This document shows positions 9,873 through 20,396 of a stretch of DNA of 64,000 bases, one piece after another; within the stretch, counting starts at the first letter, position 1, and every line of letters begins with the position of its first letter. The notes below the pieces were generated by a model, which worked only from the letters and a program-made list of their open reading frames with translations, did no database searches and was not told the DNA's origin. The stretch comes from Polyangiales bacterium (lineage in GTDB: Bacteria; Myxococcota_A; Polyangia; Polyangiales; Polyangiaceae), in assembly GCA_038231275.1 (NCBI GenBank), contig JBBRLQ010000014.1, positions 64,001-128,000 of the forward strand, written 5' to 3'. The position numbers and the translations under genes are program-made.

Positions 9873-11021
9873 TCAGGTCGGGTAGAGCTCGATGCGCGTG
9901 ATCTCGGCCGGCGCGCCGACGCGCATCGGCGGGCCCCAGTAGCCGGTGCCGCGGCTCACGTAGATCGTCGCGCCTTCGTGCTTCGAGAGGCCGGCGACGT
10001 GCGGCTGGTCGATTTTTACGGCGTAGCCCCACGGCCATATTTGCCCGCCGTGCGTGTGCCCGGAGAGCTGGAGATCGATCCCGTGCTTCACCGCGTCGAG
10101 GATCGTCTTCGGCTGATGCGCGAGGAGGACGAGCGCCCGCGCAGGATCGCGGCCCGTGAGGGCCTTTTCGAGATCCGTGCCGTGCCCGCGGCCGTAGCTC
10201 TTCGCGCTGTGATCGTCGACGCCGGCGAGGTCGAAGGCGCCGCCCTGGATGGCGACCCGCTCGTTGCGCAGCACGCGCACGCCGAGCGTCGCGAGGAAAG
10301 GGAGCCACTCGTCGACACCCGAGTAGTACTCGTGGTTGCCGGTGACGAAGAAGACGCCGTCCTTCGCGCGGAGATCCTTCAGCGGTTCGACGAGCGCGCC
10401 GAGCTCCGCGACCGAGCCGTCCACCAAGTCTCCGGTGATGACGACCATGTCGGGCGCCTCACCGTTGATCGTGCCGACGATCTGCTGGATGAACTCGCGC
10501 CCGATCGTCGGCCCCACGTGGACGTCGGTGATCTGGACGATCGTGTATCCCGCGAGCTCCTTCGGGAGCTTGGCGAGCGGCACGCGCACACGCGCGACGT
10601 CGACCTTGGAGAGCACCGAGCGGAGGCCCGACGCGGCGAGGCCGGTGCCGACGAGCCCCACGATCGCGGCGAATCCGCGCGCGATCGCGAGGCGGCGTGA
10701 GGGGTCCGCGTCGGCGCTACGGGCGACCACCCAGCGCGGCAGATCCAGTGTGAGCATGACGAACAGCGTCACGAACGCGAGGCCCATCCATATGAAGACG
10801 ACCCACATGAGCGGCGACGAGACGGAGCGCGGCAAGGCGCGCATCACGAGGAAGCTCACCGGCATCGCGATGCCGAAGCCCAGGATCGCGTATGACGCCA
10901 CGCTCCCCCACGGCGCCGGCCACGCCGGGTCGCGGACCAGGCGCATCCACAGGTAGTAGTGCCAGGCCAGCGTGATGGCCGAGACGACCACGAGGAAGAC
11001 GAGCACGCGTGAGAGCGACAT
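9873..11021 (-). CDS. Membrane-anchored calcineurin-like metallophosphoesterase (YkuE/YaeI type)
   Basis: DVH, TGDLVD, GNHE, LAHQP, SGHTHGGQ; N-terminal TM helices. Confidence 0.93.
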   Translation of the reverse strand: MSLSRVLVFLVVVSAITLAWHYYLWMRLVRDPAWPAPWGSVASYAILGFGIAMPVSFLVMRALPRSVSSPLMWVVFIWMGLAFVTLFVMLTLDLPRWVVARSADADPSRRLAIARGFAAIVGLVGTGLAASGLRSVLSKVDVARVRVPLAKLPKELAGYTIVQITDVHVGPTIGREFIQQIVGTINGEAPDMVVITGDLVDGSVAELGALVEPLKDLRAKDGVFFVTGNHEYYSGVDEWLPFLATLGVRVLRNERVAIQGGAFDLAGVDDHSAKSYGRGHGTDLEKALTGRDPARALVLLAHQPKTILDAVKHGIDLQLSGHTHGGQIWPWGYAVKIDQPHVAGLSKHEGATIYVSRGTGYWGPPMRVGAPAEITRIELYPT

Positions 11022-11026
11022 CGGTC

Positions 11027-11851
11027 TTAGCGGAGGAACCCGGGCACGAGCGAGAGCGCGCCGGCTTCGAGCGGCACGCGACCGGTATACGGCGCGCGCG
11101 CGAACTCGACTATGCAGCCGGGCTTCGTCGCGGTGAGCGAGACGGGGGCGCCGGCGGTGAGACCGGTGATGGCGGCGCGGCCGGCGGCGGTCGTCGTGGT
11201 CCCGGTCGTGGCCTGCGGGATGGCGTCATTCGTGTAGTAGGTGATCCTGGCCTCGGGGTGGCCGTCGACGGCGAAGGTGATGCCGTCCACCGCGCCGCAC
11301 GCGCCCGCGTCCTTCACGTCGGCCGTGACGCCGACGACGATCGCGGTCTTCGTGGGCCCGAAGCTCGGCACGAGCGCCGTGAAGAGCGACGGTGGCAGCG
11401 GCGCGTCGATGCCGGACTTGTCGGCGTCGAACTGCATCTCTGCGATGAGCGTCGTCGCGTAGTTCATCGCCTCGAGGCGCGCGAAGAACGGCGCGCCTTT
11501 GGTAATCTGCGCCGTGACGGTGCCGTCGGCGGCGCTGGTGGCGACCGTGCCTGGACAAAGGGACGCCGAGACGCCCGCGCCCGCAACGGGCGTGCCGGGG
11601 CCGCTGCCGGTCGCGATCTGACGGACCACGATGCCGAGCGTGACGTACGGCGCCGCGCCGCAGATGATCGACGAGGTGGGACCGGTGTCTCCGGCACCAG
11701 CGTCGTTCGGGTCTCCCGGATTGCCGTCCGTCGTTGCGTCCGCGCCGCCTCCTGGGACCGGCGCCCCGGACGACGAGGCCGACGAGCACGCCGAGGCTGC
11801 GCACACGAAGGCGAGGGGAGCAAACGCGCGCGCGAGGGCTTCGTGCTTCAT
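11027..11851 (-). CDS. Hypothetical lipoprotein (beta-sandwich-like)
   Basis: Lipobox ASAC, DAG linker, GC3-rich codons; 4-nt overlap with the upstream aminopeptidase gene. Confidence 0.75.
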   Translation of the reverse strand: MKHEALARAFAPLAFVCAASACSSASSSGAPVPGGGADATTDGNPGDPNDAGAGDTGPTSSIICGAAPYVTLGIVVRQIATGSGPGTPVAGAGVSASLCPGTVATSAADGTVTAQITKGAPFFARLEAMNYATTLIAEMQFDADKSGIDAPLPPSLFTALVPSFGPTKTAIVVGVTADVKDAGACGAVDGITFAVDGHPEARITYYTNDAIPQATTGTTTTAAGRAAITGLTAGAPVSLTATKPGCIVEFARAPYTGRVPLEAGALSLVPGFLR

Positions 11852-14574
11852 GGCGCACCTACCTTACCGCGGAGTGCCTTGCTCGTCGCGGCGCTCCCGC
11901 GGGTCCGCAACTCGGCGCACAGGCTCGCCGACTCGAGGGACGTCGCCAGCGCGCGCGCCGCGCCCTCGATGCCGGCGGCGCGTGGCGTAAAGAATGCGGC
12001 AGCGGCCTCCTTTTCGGCCCGCGTGCACGACAGGCCCGCCGCGAAGACGAGGCCGCCCGAGAGCTGCCCTGGGAGCTTGGCGCGGAGGCGATCCCACCGC
12101 GACTCCATCCATCGCGCCAAAATGGGCCGCGTCGCCTTCCTCCCCGCGGCGCTGCCGATCAGGTACGTCCCTTCGCTCGGCTTCAGCTCGTCCGTGAGGA
12201 ACACGTCGAGCGCCCGCTCGAGCAACGCCGCGTCGTCGAAGCCCGCCATCGCGCGCACCGCCACGATGCGATCTTGCGGTGTCTTCGCGCGCTTTGCCAT
12301 GTCGCGGAGCGCGGTGAGCCGCTCCGCGTTGGCACCGCGCGAGGCGAGATCGACCGCGATCGGGGCGACGTCGGGATCGACTGAAGCGGGATCTTTGAGC
12401 CACGCTTGCGCGATCGCGTCGGCCTCGCGGAGCGTCGTCGGATCGCCGGCGAGATCGGCCATCGCGTAAAGGACGGTGCGACGGAGAAGTGTCCGCTCGT
12501 CTTCTTCTTTTTCTTTCGCCATCGGGGTCCACCCGAGCGCCGCCTTGTGACGCGCCAGCCGCGCCGCGACGTAGGTGCGGAACTGCGGGCGCACGTCGTC
12601 GTCGACCACCGTGTCGCTCAGCCCGCCGAGATCGCCGATCACCGCCTCGACGACGACGCGCTCGGTCTCTTTGTCGAACGCCGGGAGCATTTTGAGGAGC
12701 TGCTCGGGACCGATCGCGCCCGCGCGAACCGCGGCCCACGCGTTCGACACGAAGGCGAGCCGATCGGCTGCGTCTTGGCTCGGCACCGCGCGCGCGAGGG
12801 CCGCGAGCTCCGGCCCCGCCTCGGTAACGCGAAAATATCCGGTCGCGCCATCGTTCGGCATGACCCACCCCGGACATCGCCCCGTCCCCGCGACCATCGA
12901 CGGGGCGCCGCCGGCGAGGAGCGTGCAGACCGGCTCTTTTCGCCCTTCCGCGCGCACGCAAATCGGGTGCGACCACGTCTGCTGTGTGTCCGCTGCGGTG
13001 CTCCCGAGCGGACGCCACGCTTCCTGTTGCAGCTCGACGTGCCATCGCCCCGGCTCGCACTCGAGGTGCGCGGTGACGAGCGGCACGCCAGGCCGATCGA
13101 GGAAGCTCTCGGCGACCTCGGTGACGTTCTTGCGCGACGCGGTGTCGAGCGTGCCGAAGAGCGCGGCGGCGGTGACGCTCTTGTACGCGTTGGCCTCGAG
13201 GTAGTCGTGGAGGGCGGTCTGGAACGTCGCGGCGCCGACCCACCCCTCGAGCATGCCGAGGATCGCCGCGCCCTTCGTGTACGTGATTCCGTCGAACGCT
13301 TCTCGCGCCTCTGCCGCCGTTCGCACCGGCTGACGAACCGCGCGCGCGCTCGCGAGGCCGTCCTGATCCATCACCCAGAGCCCGCCGCTCACGAGATCAT
13401 GCCGCGTCCCGAGCTGCGGCTGCCACGCGCTCACCGTGCGCGACTGGAGCCACGTCGCCATCGCCTCGTTCAGCCAGAGATCGTTCCACCACTCCGCCGT
13501 CACCAGATCGCCGAACCACTGGTGGGCGACCTCGTGCGCCATGAGCGTCGCGAGCGAACGCCGCGCCCGCGTCGCCACGCGCTTTGGATCGACGAGCAGC
13601 GCCTCCTCGCGGAACGTGATGAGCCCGGCGTTCTCCATCGCCCCCGACGCGAACTCCGGGACCGCGACGAGGTCGAGCTTGGGAAAGGGGAACTTCACCT
13701 TCAAGTACCCCTCGAGCACCTGCGTGACCCCGGCCGCGGTGTCGAGCGCCAGCTGCGCGAGGTCCCCTTTGCCCTTGAGCGAGATGACACGAAGGGGGAC
13801 CGGGCTCGTCGCCCCCTCGCGCACGTCGAAGTCGCCGACCGCCAGCGCGAGCAGGTACGTCGGCAGCGGCTTGGTCGTCGCGAAACGAAAGGTCGTCCCA
13901 TCGCCGGTGGTCGCCTTCGCGCGCGAGGCCTCGGGAGCGTTCGCCACCGCGATCATTCCTGACGGCACCGTCACCCGCACGTCGAACGGCGCCTTGAACG
14001 CGGGCTCGTCGAAGCACGGCATCATGCGCCGCGCGTCGGTGGGCTCGAAGTCCGTGTAGGCCGACCACGCCTCGCCCGACTTGACGCGATAGAGCCCGCT
14101 GAGATCCGCGGCGAACGGCGCGTCGTAGTCGAGGGTCAGCGACGCTGGCTCGCCGGGGAGGAGGGCGCGCGCGAACGAAAGCACGATCTCTTCGTGGTCC
14201 TTGCCGCCGCTCGCCGCGCGCGTCGTCACGCTCGCCGCGTTCGAGGCGCCGCCCACCGTCGCCGACGCGCGCGCGATCGCGACGTCACGGCCGTGCAGGA
14301 CGACGTGGAACGTCTTCGCGCGTACGTCGAGCTCGACGACCACCGTCCCGTGAAAGCGCTCCTTGCGCGGATCGACGTCGAGCGCGACGTCGTAGTGGAT
14401 CGGCCGCACGTCGCTCGATAGCCTTCCGGCTTCGCGCGTCGGCGGCACGGGATCCGGCGCCTCGACCGGCGCCATGCGCACGGGCGCCACGTGAACGGGC
14501 GGCGGCGCGTCACCGCAGCCGACGAGCAGCGCGAGCGTGACCGGTACCGCCCAACCTCCGAGCACGCGGCGCAT
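11848..14574 (-). CDS. M1 family aminopeptidase N with ERAP1-like C-terminal domain, lipoprotein
   Basis: GAMEN, HEVAH...NEA zinc motif, YTKGA, PCFDEP; lipobox LVGC. Confidence 0.95.
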   Translation of the reverse strand: MRRVLGGWAVPVTLALLVGCGDAPPPVHVAPVRMAPVEAPDPVPPTREAGRLSSDVRPIHYDVALDVDPRKERFHGTVVVELDVRAKTFHVVLHGRDVAIARASATVGGASNAASVTTRAASGGKDHEEIVLSFARALLPGEPASLTLDYDAPFAADLSGLYRVKSGEAWSAYTDFEPTDARRMMPCFDEPAFKAPFDVRVTVPSGMIAVANAPEASRAKATTGDGTTFRFATTKPLPTYLLALAVGDFDVREGATSPVPLRVISLKGKGDLAQLALDTAAGVTQVLEGYLKVKFPFPKLDLVAVPEFASGAMENAGLITFREEALLVDPKRVATRARRSLATLMAHEVAHQWFGDLVTAEWWNDLWLNEAMATWLQSRTVSAWQPQLGTRHDLVSGGLWVMDQDGLASARAVRQPVRTAAEAREAFDGITYTKGAAILGMLEGWVGAATFQTALHDYLEANAYKSVTAAALFGTLDTASRKNVTEVAESFLDRPGVPLVTAHLECEPGRWHVELQQEAWRPLGSTAADTQQTWSHPICVRAEGRKEPVCTLLAGGAPSMVAGTGRCPGWVMPNDGATGYFRVTEAGPELAALARAVPSQDAADRLAFVSNAWAAVRAGAIGPEQLLKMLPAFDKETERVVVEAVIGDLGGLSDTVVDDDVRPQFRTYVAARLARHKAALGWTPMAKEKEEDERTLLRRTVLYAMADLAGDPTTLREADAIAQAWLKDPASVDPDVAPIAVDLASRGANAERLTALRDMAKRAKTPQDRIVAVRAMAGFDDAALLERALDVFLTDELKPSEGTYLIGSAAGRKATRPILARWMESRWDRLRAKLPGQLSGGLVFAAGLSCTRAEKEAAAAFFTPRAAGIEGAARALATSLESASLCAELRTRGSAATSKALRGKVGAP

Positions 14575-14642
14575 CTGAGAGCACCGTCCCAAACGCACGC
14601 GCCGGGGTCAAGGCGTGGTTCGCCCGAGCGCGCGCCTGCGCG

Positions 14643-15089
14643 TCACCGTCCCCGAGGAACTCCGATGCGCGTCATCGAGTCACTCATTTCGTGATAGGAG
14701 GGCGGCCTCGGCGCGCCGGTGCGCATGACCTTCGCCGAGCGCGGTGCGTCACGACGAACCTGGACCGACGGCGAGGTCAGCGCGATCTCGTCGCCCAAGC
14801 GACCGGGGCGCATCAACACCGCGCTCGCGCCGGGGCGCCACTCGCCCGAAACGTTCGGGCCGTTGCCGACGTCGACGAGCCAGCCGGTCATCGTCATCCC
14901 GATGCACTCGTTCTGCGGCGCGCCGGTTTCCTGCCGTTGCACGGAGATGCAGAGCCCATCTCGGAAGCGGTAGACCGTGTGGCGCGTGGCGATCGTCATG
15001 TCGCCTTGCCACGCGGAGGGATCGGAGGCGAGCTCGGCGCCGCGCTCCACGATCCTCTTCATAAGCTCTTTCCGACCCGACATGTCCAC
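14643..15089 (-). CDS. Hypothetical protein
   Basis: GGAGG 5 nt before GTG 15089 (alternative ATG 15083); protein-like TRHTVYRFRDGLC segment. Confidence 0.65.
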   Translation of the reverse strand: MDMSGRKELMKRIVERGAELASDPSAWQGDMTIATRHTVYRFRDGLCISVQRQETGAPQNECIGMTMTGWLVDVGNGPNVSGEWRPGASAVLMRPGRLGDEIALTSPSVQVRRDAPRSAKVMRTGAPRPPSYHEMSDSMTRIGVPRGR

Positions 15090-15311
15090 GGCATCCTCCG
15101 GTTCAAGTAGGAGAATGTAGGAGCAACGTCCGTGCCGACCCTCGGAGAGGGTCAAAACGGCACTAACTATATGAAATTAGTAAAATATGGTCGTGCGAGG
15201 GTGGTGCCAGCGGGGCCCGTCGTGGGCCGCCGATCCATGCACGTACGACTGTCCGCGCGGCCTCGCGCGAGGGCTCGCGACGCCGCGCGATCTCATCTCG
15301 AGAGCGGGACG

Positions 15312-15566
15312 CTACTTCGGAACGACCGCGGGCCGGCCCATCTCCATGACCTCGACGTTGAGCTCGATCACGCACTTCAACATCGCCGAGCGCTGCTCCT
15401 CGGTCGGCGGCTGCGCGGGCCAGGCGCGGACGGCGCGCTCGTAGACGCGTGCCTTGGCGCGCAGCTCACGCGCGCGGGCGGACGCCGGAAGGCTCTCGAG
15501 TCGATCGAGGATGTCCTCGAGCGATTGTTCGACGATGGAGAGTCGTGTCGACTTGCCGGCCGCCAT
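15312..15566 (-). CDS. Small helical hypothetical protein (84 aa)
   Basis: MAAGKSTRLSIVEQSLEDILDRLESLP...; GC3-rich codons; fills the gap before the divergent M16 gene. Confidence 0.7.
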   Translation of the reverse strand: MAAGKSTRLSIVEQSLEDILDRLESLPASARARELRAKARVYERAVRAWPAQPPTEEQRSAMLKCVIELNVEVMEMGRPAVVPK

Positions 15567-15590
15567 GGTTCGATCGTACGAGAGCATACC

Positions 15591-16982
15591 ATGCGAATCG
15601 GAAGGCATCGATCGATCGGCTTCGTGCGCGCGGCGGCATTCCTCGTGGCGTCCGTGTGGGCGTCTGTCTCCACCGCCGCACCGCCGGAGATCGCGCAGGA
15701 AAAGTCCAAGCTGAGCAACGGCCTCGAGGTCGTCCTCCACGAAGACCACCGGACGCCGATCGTGACGGTGAACCTCTGGTACCACGTGGGCAGCAAGGAC
15801 GAGCCGGCCGGCAAGAACGGCTTCGCGCACTTGTTCGAGCACCTGATGTTCCAGGGCAGCAAGCACGTCCCGGAGGACGCGTACTTCCGCATGCTCGAGC
15901 GCGCAGGCGCCAGCGACATCAACGGCACGACGAACACCGATCGCACGAACTACTTCGAGACCGTGCCGCCCGGGCAGCTCGAGCTCGCGCTGTGGCTCGA
16001 GAGCGATCGCATGGGATTCTTGCTCGATCACGTCGACCAGCTCACGTTCGCCGGGCAGCGCGACGTCGTGAAGAACGAGCGGCGCCAGCGCTACGAGAAC
16101 GCGCCGTACGGCCTCGCGCTCATGTTCATCCGCGAGCAGCTCTTTCCGAAGACGCACCCCTACCACCTCCTCACGATCGGCACGCCGCAGGATCTCGACG
16201 CAGCGACGCTCGACGACGTGAAGGCGTTCTTCCGCACCTGGTACGTACCGAGCAACGCCACGCTCGTCGTTGCTGGCGACATCGACAAGGCAAAGACCAA
16301 GGCGCTGGTGGACAAATATTTCGGCCCGGTTCGCGGCGCGCAAGTGCCCGCGCGACCGCCCCTGCCGGAGGTGAAGCTCACGAAGCAGACGCGCCTCGAC
16401 GTGAGCGCGCAGGTCGAGCTGGGGCGGGTGTACGTGTCGTGGCCGACGCCCGCGTTCTTCACGACCGCCGACGCCGAGCTCGACATGGCCGCGCACGTCC
16501 TTTCCAGCGGCAAGACCAGCCGCCTCTACAAGCGCCTCGTCTACGATCTCCAGATCGCGCAGGACGTCTCGGCCTACCAGGGCTCGATGCAGCTCTCGAG
16601 CGTCTTCGAGATCGTCGCGACGGCGGCGCCCGGGCACACGCCCGACGAGATCCTCAAGGTGATCGACGAGGAGGTCAAGAAGCTGCAAGACACGCCGCCC
16701 GCCGACGCGGAGCTGGCGCGCGCAAAGACGGACGTGCGCGCCCACGCCGTCTTCGATCTGGAGCGTGACGCGTCGCGCGCCGATCGGCTGAACCTCTACA
16801 ACCACTACACCGGCGATCCCGGATACCTGCCGAAGGATCTCGACGCGCACGAACGCGTCACCGCCGCCCAGGCGACGGCCGCCGCGGTGAAGTACCTGCC
16901 GCTCGACAAGCGCGTCGTTACGGTGGTCACCCCCAACAAGACCGCGCCCGTGTGCGGTCGCCTCGACAAGGTGTCGCCGTGA
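15591..16982 (+). CDS. M16B zinc peptidase, catalytic subunit (secreted)
   Basis: Inverted zinc motif HLFEH, NGTT, ESDRM, VVKNERRQ; signal peptide. Confidence 0.93.
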   Translation: MRIGRHRSIGFVRAAAFLVASVWASVSTAAPPEIAQEKSKLSNGLEVVLHEDHRTPIVTVNLWYHVGSKDEPAGKNGFAHLFEHLMFQGSKHVPEDAYFRMLERAGASDINGTTNTDRTNYFETVPPGQLELALWLESDRMGFLLDHVDQLTFAGQRDVVKNERRQRYENAPYGLALMFIREQLFPKTHPYHLLTIGTPQDLDAATLDDVKAFFRTWYVPSNATLVVAGDIDKAKTKALVDKYFGPVRGAQVPARPPLPEVKLTKQTRLDVSAQVELGRVYVSWPTPAFFTTADAELDMAAHVLSSGKTSRLYKRLVYDLQIAQDVSAYQGSMQLSSVFEIVATAAPGHTPDEILKVIDEEVKKLQDTPPADAELARAKTDVRAHAVFDLERDASRADRLNLYNHYTGDPGYLPKDLDAHERVTAAQATAAAVKYLPLDKRVVTVVTPNKTAPVCGRLDKVSP

Positions 16983-18511
16983 AGCGTCTCGCGTTTGCCT
17001 CGTTTGCCTCCCTCGGACTCGCCGTCTTCGCCTGCGGTGGCGCGCCTGCGCCGCTTCATCCGCCGCCCGCTCCGCCGGCTCCCGCGCCGTCGTCTACCGT
17101 GGTCGCGGCCGCGCCCGGTGCGCCGACGACGCCGGACGCCGCGTTTCGCGAGAGGCCGCCGGCGCCAGGACCCGCGGCGGTCTTCGTCGCGCCAAAGATC
17201 GTCGAAGGGAAGCTGAAGAACGGCATCCGCGTGCTCCTCGTCGAGCGGCATGATCTCCCGATCGTGAGCGTCCGGGTGGCCCTCAAGGCCGGCGCGTCGG
17301 ACCTGATGGGCGAGCGGCCCGAGGTGATGACCTTCGCCGGCGCGATGCTCGAGCAGGGCACCAAGAAGATGAACGCGCTCGAGCTCAGCGACGCGTTCGA
17401 CGCGATCGGAGCGACACACGGCGCGTACGTCGGCCAGGACTCCGGCGGCGCCGACGTGAAGGTGCTGACGGCGGAGCTCGACAAGGGCCTCGGCCTCCTC
17501 GCCGATGTCGTGCAGAACCCGTCGTTCCCGGACGCGGAGATCGAGCGCCTGCGTGCGCGGTGGCTCGGCTGGTCGCAGCAGCAGCGGTCGCAGCCCGGCA
17601 CGCTGATGCAGTCGGCGCTCGCGGCGAGCCTCTTCGGGCCCGCGCACCCGTACGGCAAGCCGCCGATCCTGAAGGAAGAGCAGATCAAGAAGATCACCAA
17701 GGCCGACGTGCAGAAGGCCTACGCGCGCGCGTTCACCGCAGGAAATGCGGCGATTTGCGTCGCGGGGGACATCACGAAGGACGCGCTGCTCCCCAAGCTC
17801 GAGGCGGCGTTCGGCGCGTGGAAGGGGCCTGCGCCCGCGCGCACCAAGATCGCGCCCCCGGTCCCCGTGAAGGACGCGCCGCGCCTCGTGCTCGTCGATC
17901 GCCCGGGCGCGCCGCAGTCGCAGGTGCAGGTGGCGGAGGTCGGCGTGCCGTTCTCCACGCCCGATCGCGACGCGATCGCCGTCATGAACGCGATCCTCGG
18001 CGGCATGTTCTCGAGCCGCATCAACCTGAACCTGCGCGAGAAGCACGCGTACACCTACGGCGCGCGGAGCGGCTTCGCGATGCGCCACGGCGCGGGGCCG
18101 TTCGCGGCGGGCGGCGCGATCATCGCTGACAAGACGGCGCCGGCGATCCACGAGCTCTTCACCGAGGTGGGCGGCATCCGCGACGCCGAGGTGAGCGCCG
18201 AGGAGCTCGCGGGGGCCAAGGAGAGCATCCGGCTCGCGATGCCTGCGCGCTTCGAGACCGTCAGCGCCGTCACCGACGCGCTCTCCGATCTCGTCGTCCA
18301 CGACCTCGCGCTCGACGAGTACGAGAAGCGCCCGGGTCGCATCGACGCGGTCACCGCGGCCGACGTGAAGAAGGCCGCACTGGCGCACCTCCATCCGCAG
18401 AAGATGCGGGTCATCATCGTCGGTGATCGCAAGGCACTCGGCGAGTCGCTCGAGACGCTGCACATGGGCGCCGCCGAGGTCCGCGACGCGTTCGGCGATC
18501 TCGTCAAGTAG
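16979..18511 (+). CDS. M16B peptidase, non-catalytic partner subunit, lipoprotein
   Basis: No HxxEH; carries SRINLNLREKHAYTY motif; lipobox VFAC; GTGA overlap with the upstream gene. Confidence 0.9.
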   Translation: MKRLAFASFASLGLAVFACGGAPAPLHPPPAPPAPAPSSTVVAAAPGAPTTPDAAFRERPPAPGPAAVFVAPKIVEGKLKNGIRVLLVERHDLPIVSVRVALKAGASDLMGERPEVMTFAGAMLEQGTKKMNALELSDAFDAIGATHGAYVGQDSGGADVKVLTAELDKGLGLLADVVQNPSFPDAEIERLRARWLGWSQQQRSQPGTLMQSALAASLFGPAHPYGKPPILKEEQIKKITKADVQKAYARAFTAGNAAICVAGDITKDALLPKLEAAFGAWKGPAPARTKIAPPVPVKDAPRLVLVDRPGAPQSQVQVAEVGVPFSTPDRDAIAVMNAILGGMFSSRINLNLREKHAYTYGARSGFAMRHGAGPFAAGGAIIADKTAPAIHELFTEVGGIRDAEVSAEELAGAKESIRLAMPARFETVSAVTDALSDLVVHDLALDEYEKRPGRIDAVTAADVKKAALAHLHPQKMRVIIVGDRKALGESLETLHMGAAEVRDAFGDLVK

Positions 18512-18553
18512 CCTCGAGGAGGCCCGTGGTAGGCTGGCCACCGTAAATCGAAC

Positions 18554-19732
18554 ATGGTGGCCGCCCCCACGAAAGACCAGCTCCCGGTTCGCCTCGCGCA
18601 GATCGCCCGTACGCTCGAGTCGCAGTTCCTCGGGAAAGAGGAGGTCATCCGCCTCCTCTTGATCGCGACGATCGCCGGCGAGCACGCCGTCCTCATCGGC
18701 CCGCCGGGCACCGCGAAGAGCGCGCTCATCCGCATGTTCGCGCGCCTGCTCCAGGCACAATACTTCGAGTATCTCCTCACCCGTTTCACCGAGCCGAACG
18801 AGATCTTCGGCCCGGTCGACATCGCCGCCTTCCGCGAGGGTCGCTACCAGCGCCGCGTCGAGGGCATGCTGCCGATGGCGGAGATCGTCTTCCTCGACGA
18901 GGTCTTCAAGAGCAACTCGGCGATCCTGAACGCGCTCCTCTCGCTCTTGAACGAGCGGCGCTACACGAGCGGCGGGACCATCCTGAAGGCGCCACTGCTG
19001 TCGTGCTTCGGCGCGTCGAACGAGGTGCCGAGCGACGAGACGCTCACCGCGATCTTCGATCGATTCCTCCTCCGAATCCGGAGCGACAATCTCGACGCGT
19101 ACCACTTCCAGGATCTCCTCCAGAAGGGGATCCAGCACGAGCTCATGGGCCTCACCGACGCGCCCGTGCAGCCGCTCGCCAGCGCGCGCGAGATTGCGGA
19201 GCTTCATCGCGCGTTCGCGCAGCGCATGCGGTTCACGGAAGACTTTTTTAGCGCCTACAAGGGTCTCGTCTTCCAGATCCGCGCGGAGGGCGTGAGCCTC
19301 AGCGATCGGCGCGTCGTGAAGCTCCTCAAGCTCTTCGCGGCGAGCGCGTACTTGGACGGGCGCGCGCAGCCGGACAACAGCGATTTCTTCGTGCTCAAGC
19401 ACATCTGGAACAACGAAGATCAAGCGGCGATCCTCGAGTCGATCGTGACGCCGGTGCTGGAGGCGCATTACCGCGATCACCCGCATGCGCGTCGCGTCGG
19501 CGCGGCGGGGATCGGCATCGAGGCGCTCGCGGCGGAGATCGATCGCGTGCGTCAGGTGCTGACCGGCGCCGGCGGGCTCTCCGATGTGCAGCTGTTCAGC
19601 CAGCTCAAAGCGCTCAACGAGATCAAGGCCGCCCTCGGCGCGTCGCCCGATCCGCGCGCGCCGGAGCTCTCGCAGCGCGTCGATCAGCTCCTCGAGGCGG
19701 CGTTTCGCAGCGGCCGCTTCGCGCAGCTGTGA
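18554..19732 (+). CDS. MoxR/RavA-type AAA+ ATPase
   Basis: Walker [26 protein letters not shown], Walker B FLDEVFK, ASNE, DRF, SLSDRR. Confidence 0.9.
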   Translation: MVAAPTKDQLPVRLAQIARTLESQFLGKEEVIRLLLIATIAGEHAVLIGPPGTAKSALIRMFARLLQAQYFEYLLTRFTEPNEIFGPVDIAAFREGRYQRRVEGMLPMAEIVFLDEVFKSNSAILNALLSLLNERRYTSGGTILKAPLLSCFGASNEVPSDETLTAIFDRFLLRIRSDNLDAYHFQDLLQKGIQHELMGLTDAPVQPLASAREIAELHRAFAQRMRFTEDFFSAYKGLVFQIRAEGVSLSDRRVVKLLKLFAASAYLDGRAQPDNSDFFVLKHIWNNEDQAAILESIVTPVLEAHYRDHPHARRVGAAGIGIEALAAEIDRVRQVLTGAGGLSDVQLFSQLKALNEIKAALGASPDPRAPELSQRVDQLLEAAFRSGRFAQL

Positions 19733-20379
19733 CGTCCGGCATCTTCCGCGGGAGGCTCGCGGCGATCGAGACGTCGACGGCGCTCGGCTCGGTGGCGCTC
19801 TTCGAAGACGGCGTTCTGGTGCTCGAGCGTGAGCAGCGCGTGTCCAACGCGCACGGCGAGTCTCTGCTGCCGATGCTCGACCAGGTCATGCGCGAGGTCG
19901 GCTGGCGCCCGGGGGACGTCGCACGATGGGGCGTCGGGATCGGCCCCGGATCGTTCACCGGCGTCCGCATCGGCGTCGCGCTCGCGAAGGGGATCCACCT
20001 CGCGACGGGCGCAGAGCTCGTCGGGATCACGTCGCTCGACGCGATCGCCGCGGCGGCGCCCGACGCTTCCGCGGCTGTGATCGCGGTGCTCGGCGCGATG
20101 CGCGGCGAGGTCTTCGCGCAGGCGACGGGAGAAATCGCGCGACCTCCGGAGTGCGTGCGCATCGACGATTGGGAGGCGTGGCTCACCGCGTTGGGGACGG
20201 ACGCGCCGCGCGCGGCGCTCGTGGGCGACGCCGCGCCGATCGTCTCGGGCACGCCGCCTCACGCGCGCCTCGTCGGGCGCCTCGCCCTCACGCGGACGGC
20301 AGACGACGCCGACGCGCTGGAGCCCGTCTACGTCCGTCCGCCGGACATCACGATGCCGAAAGCGAAGCCCACGAAATAG
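19729..20379 (+). CDS. tsaB: tRNA threonylcarbamoyladenosine biosynthesis protein TsaB
   Basis: [25 protein letters not shown]-terminal LEPVYVR. Confidence 0.92.
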   Translation: MTSGIFRGRLAAIETSTALGSVALFEDGVLVLEREQRVSNAHGESLLPMLDQVMREVGWRPGDVARWGVGIGPGSFTGVRIGVALAKGIHLATGAELVGITSLDAIAAAAPDASAAVIAVLGAMRGEVFAQATGEIARPPECVRIDDWEAWLTALGTDAPRAALVGDAAPIVSGTPPHARLVGRLALTRTADDADALEPVYVRPPDITMPKAKPTK

Positions 20380-20396
20380 CGCCGACGCGCGGGTCG

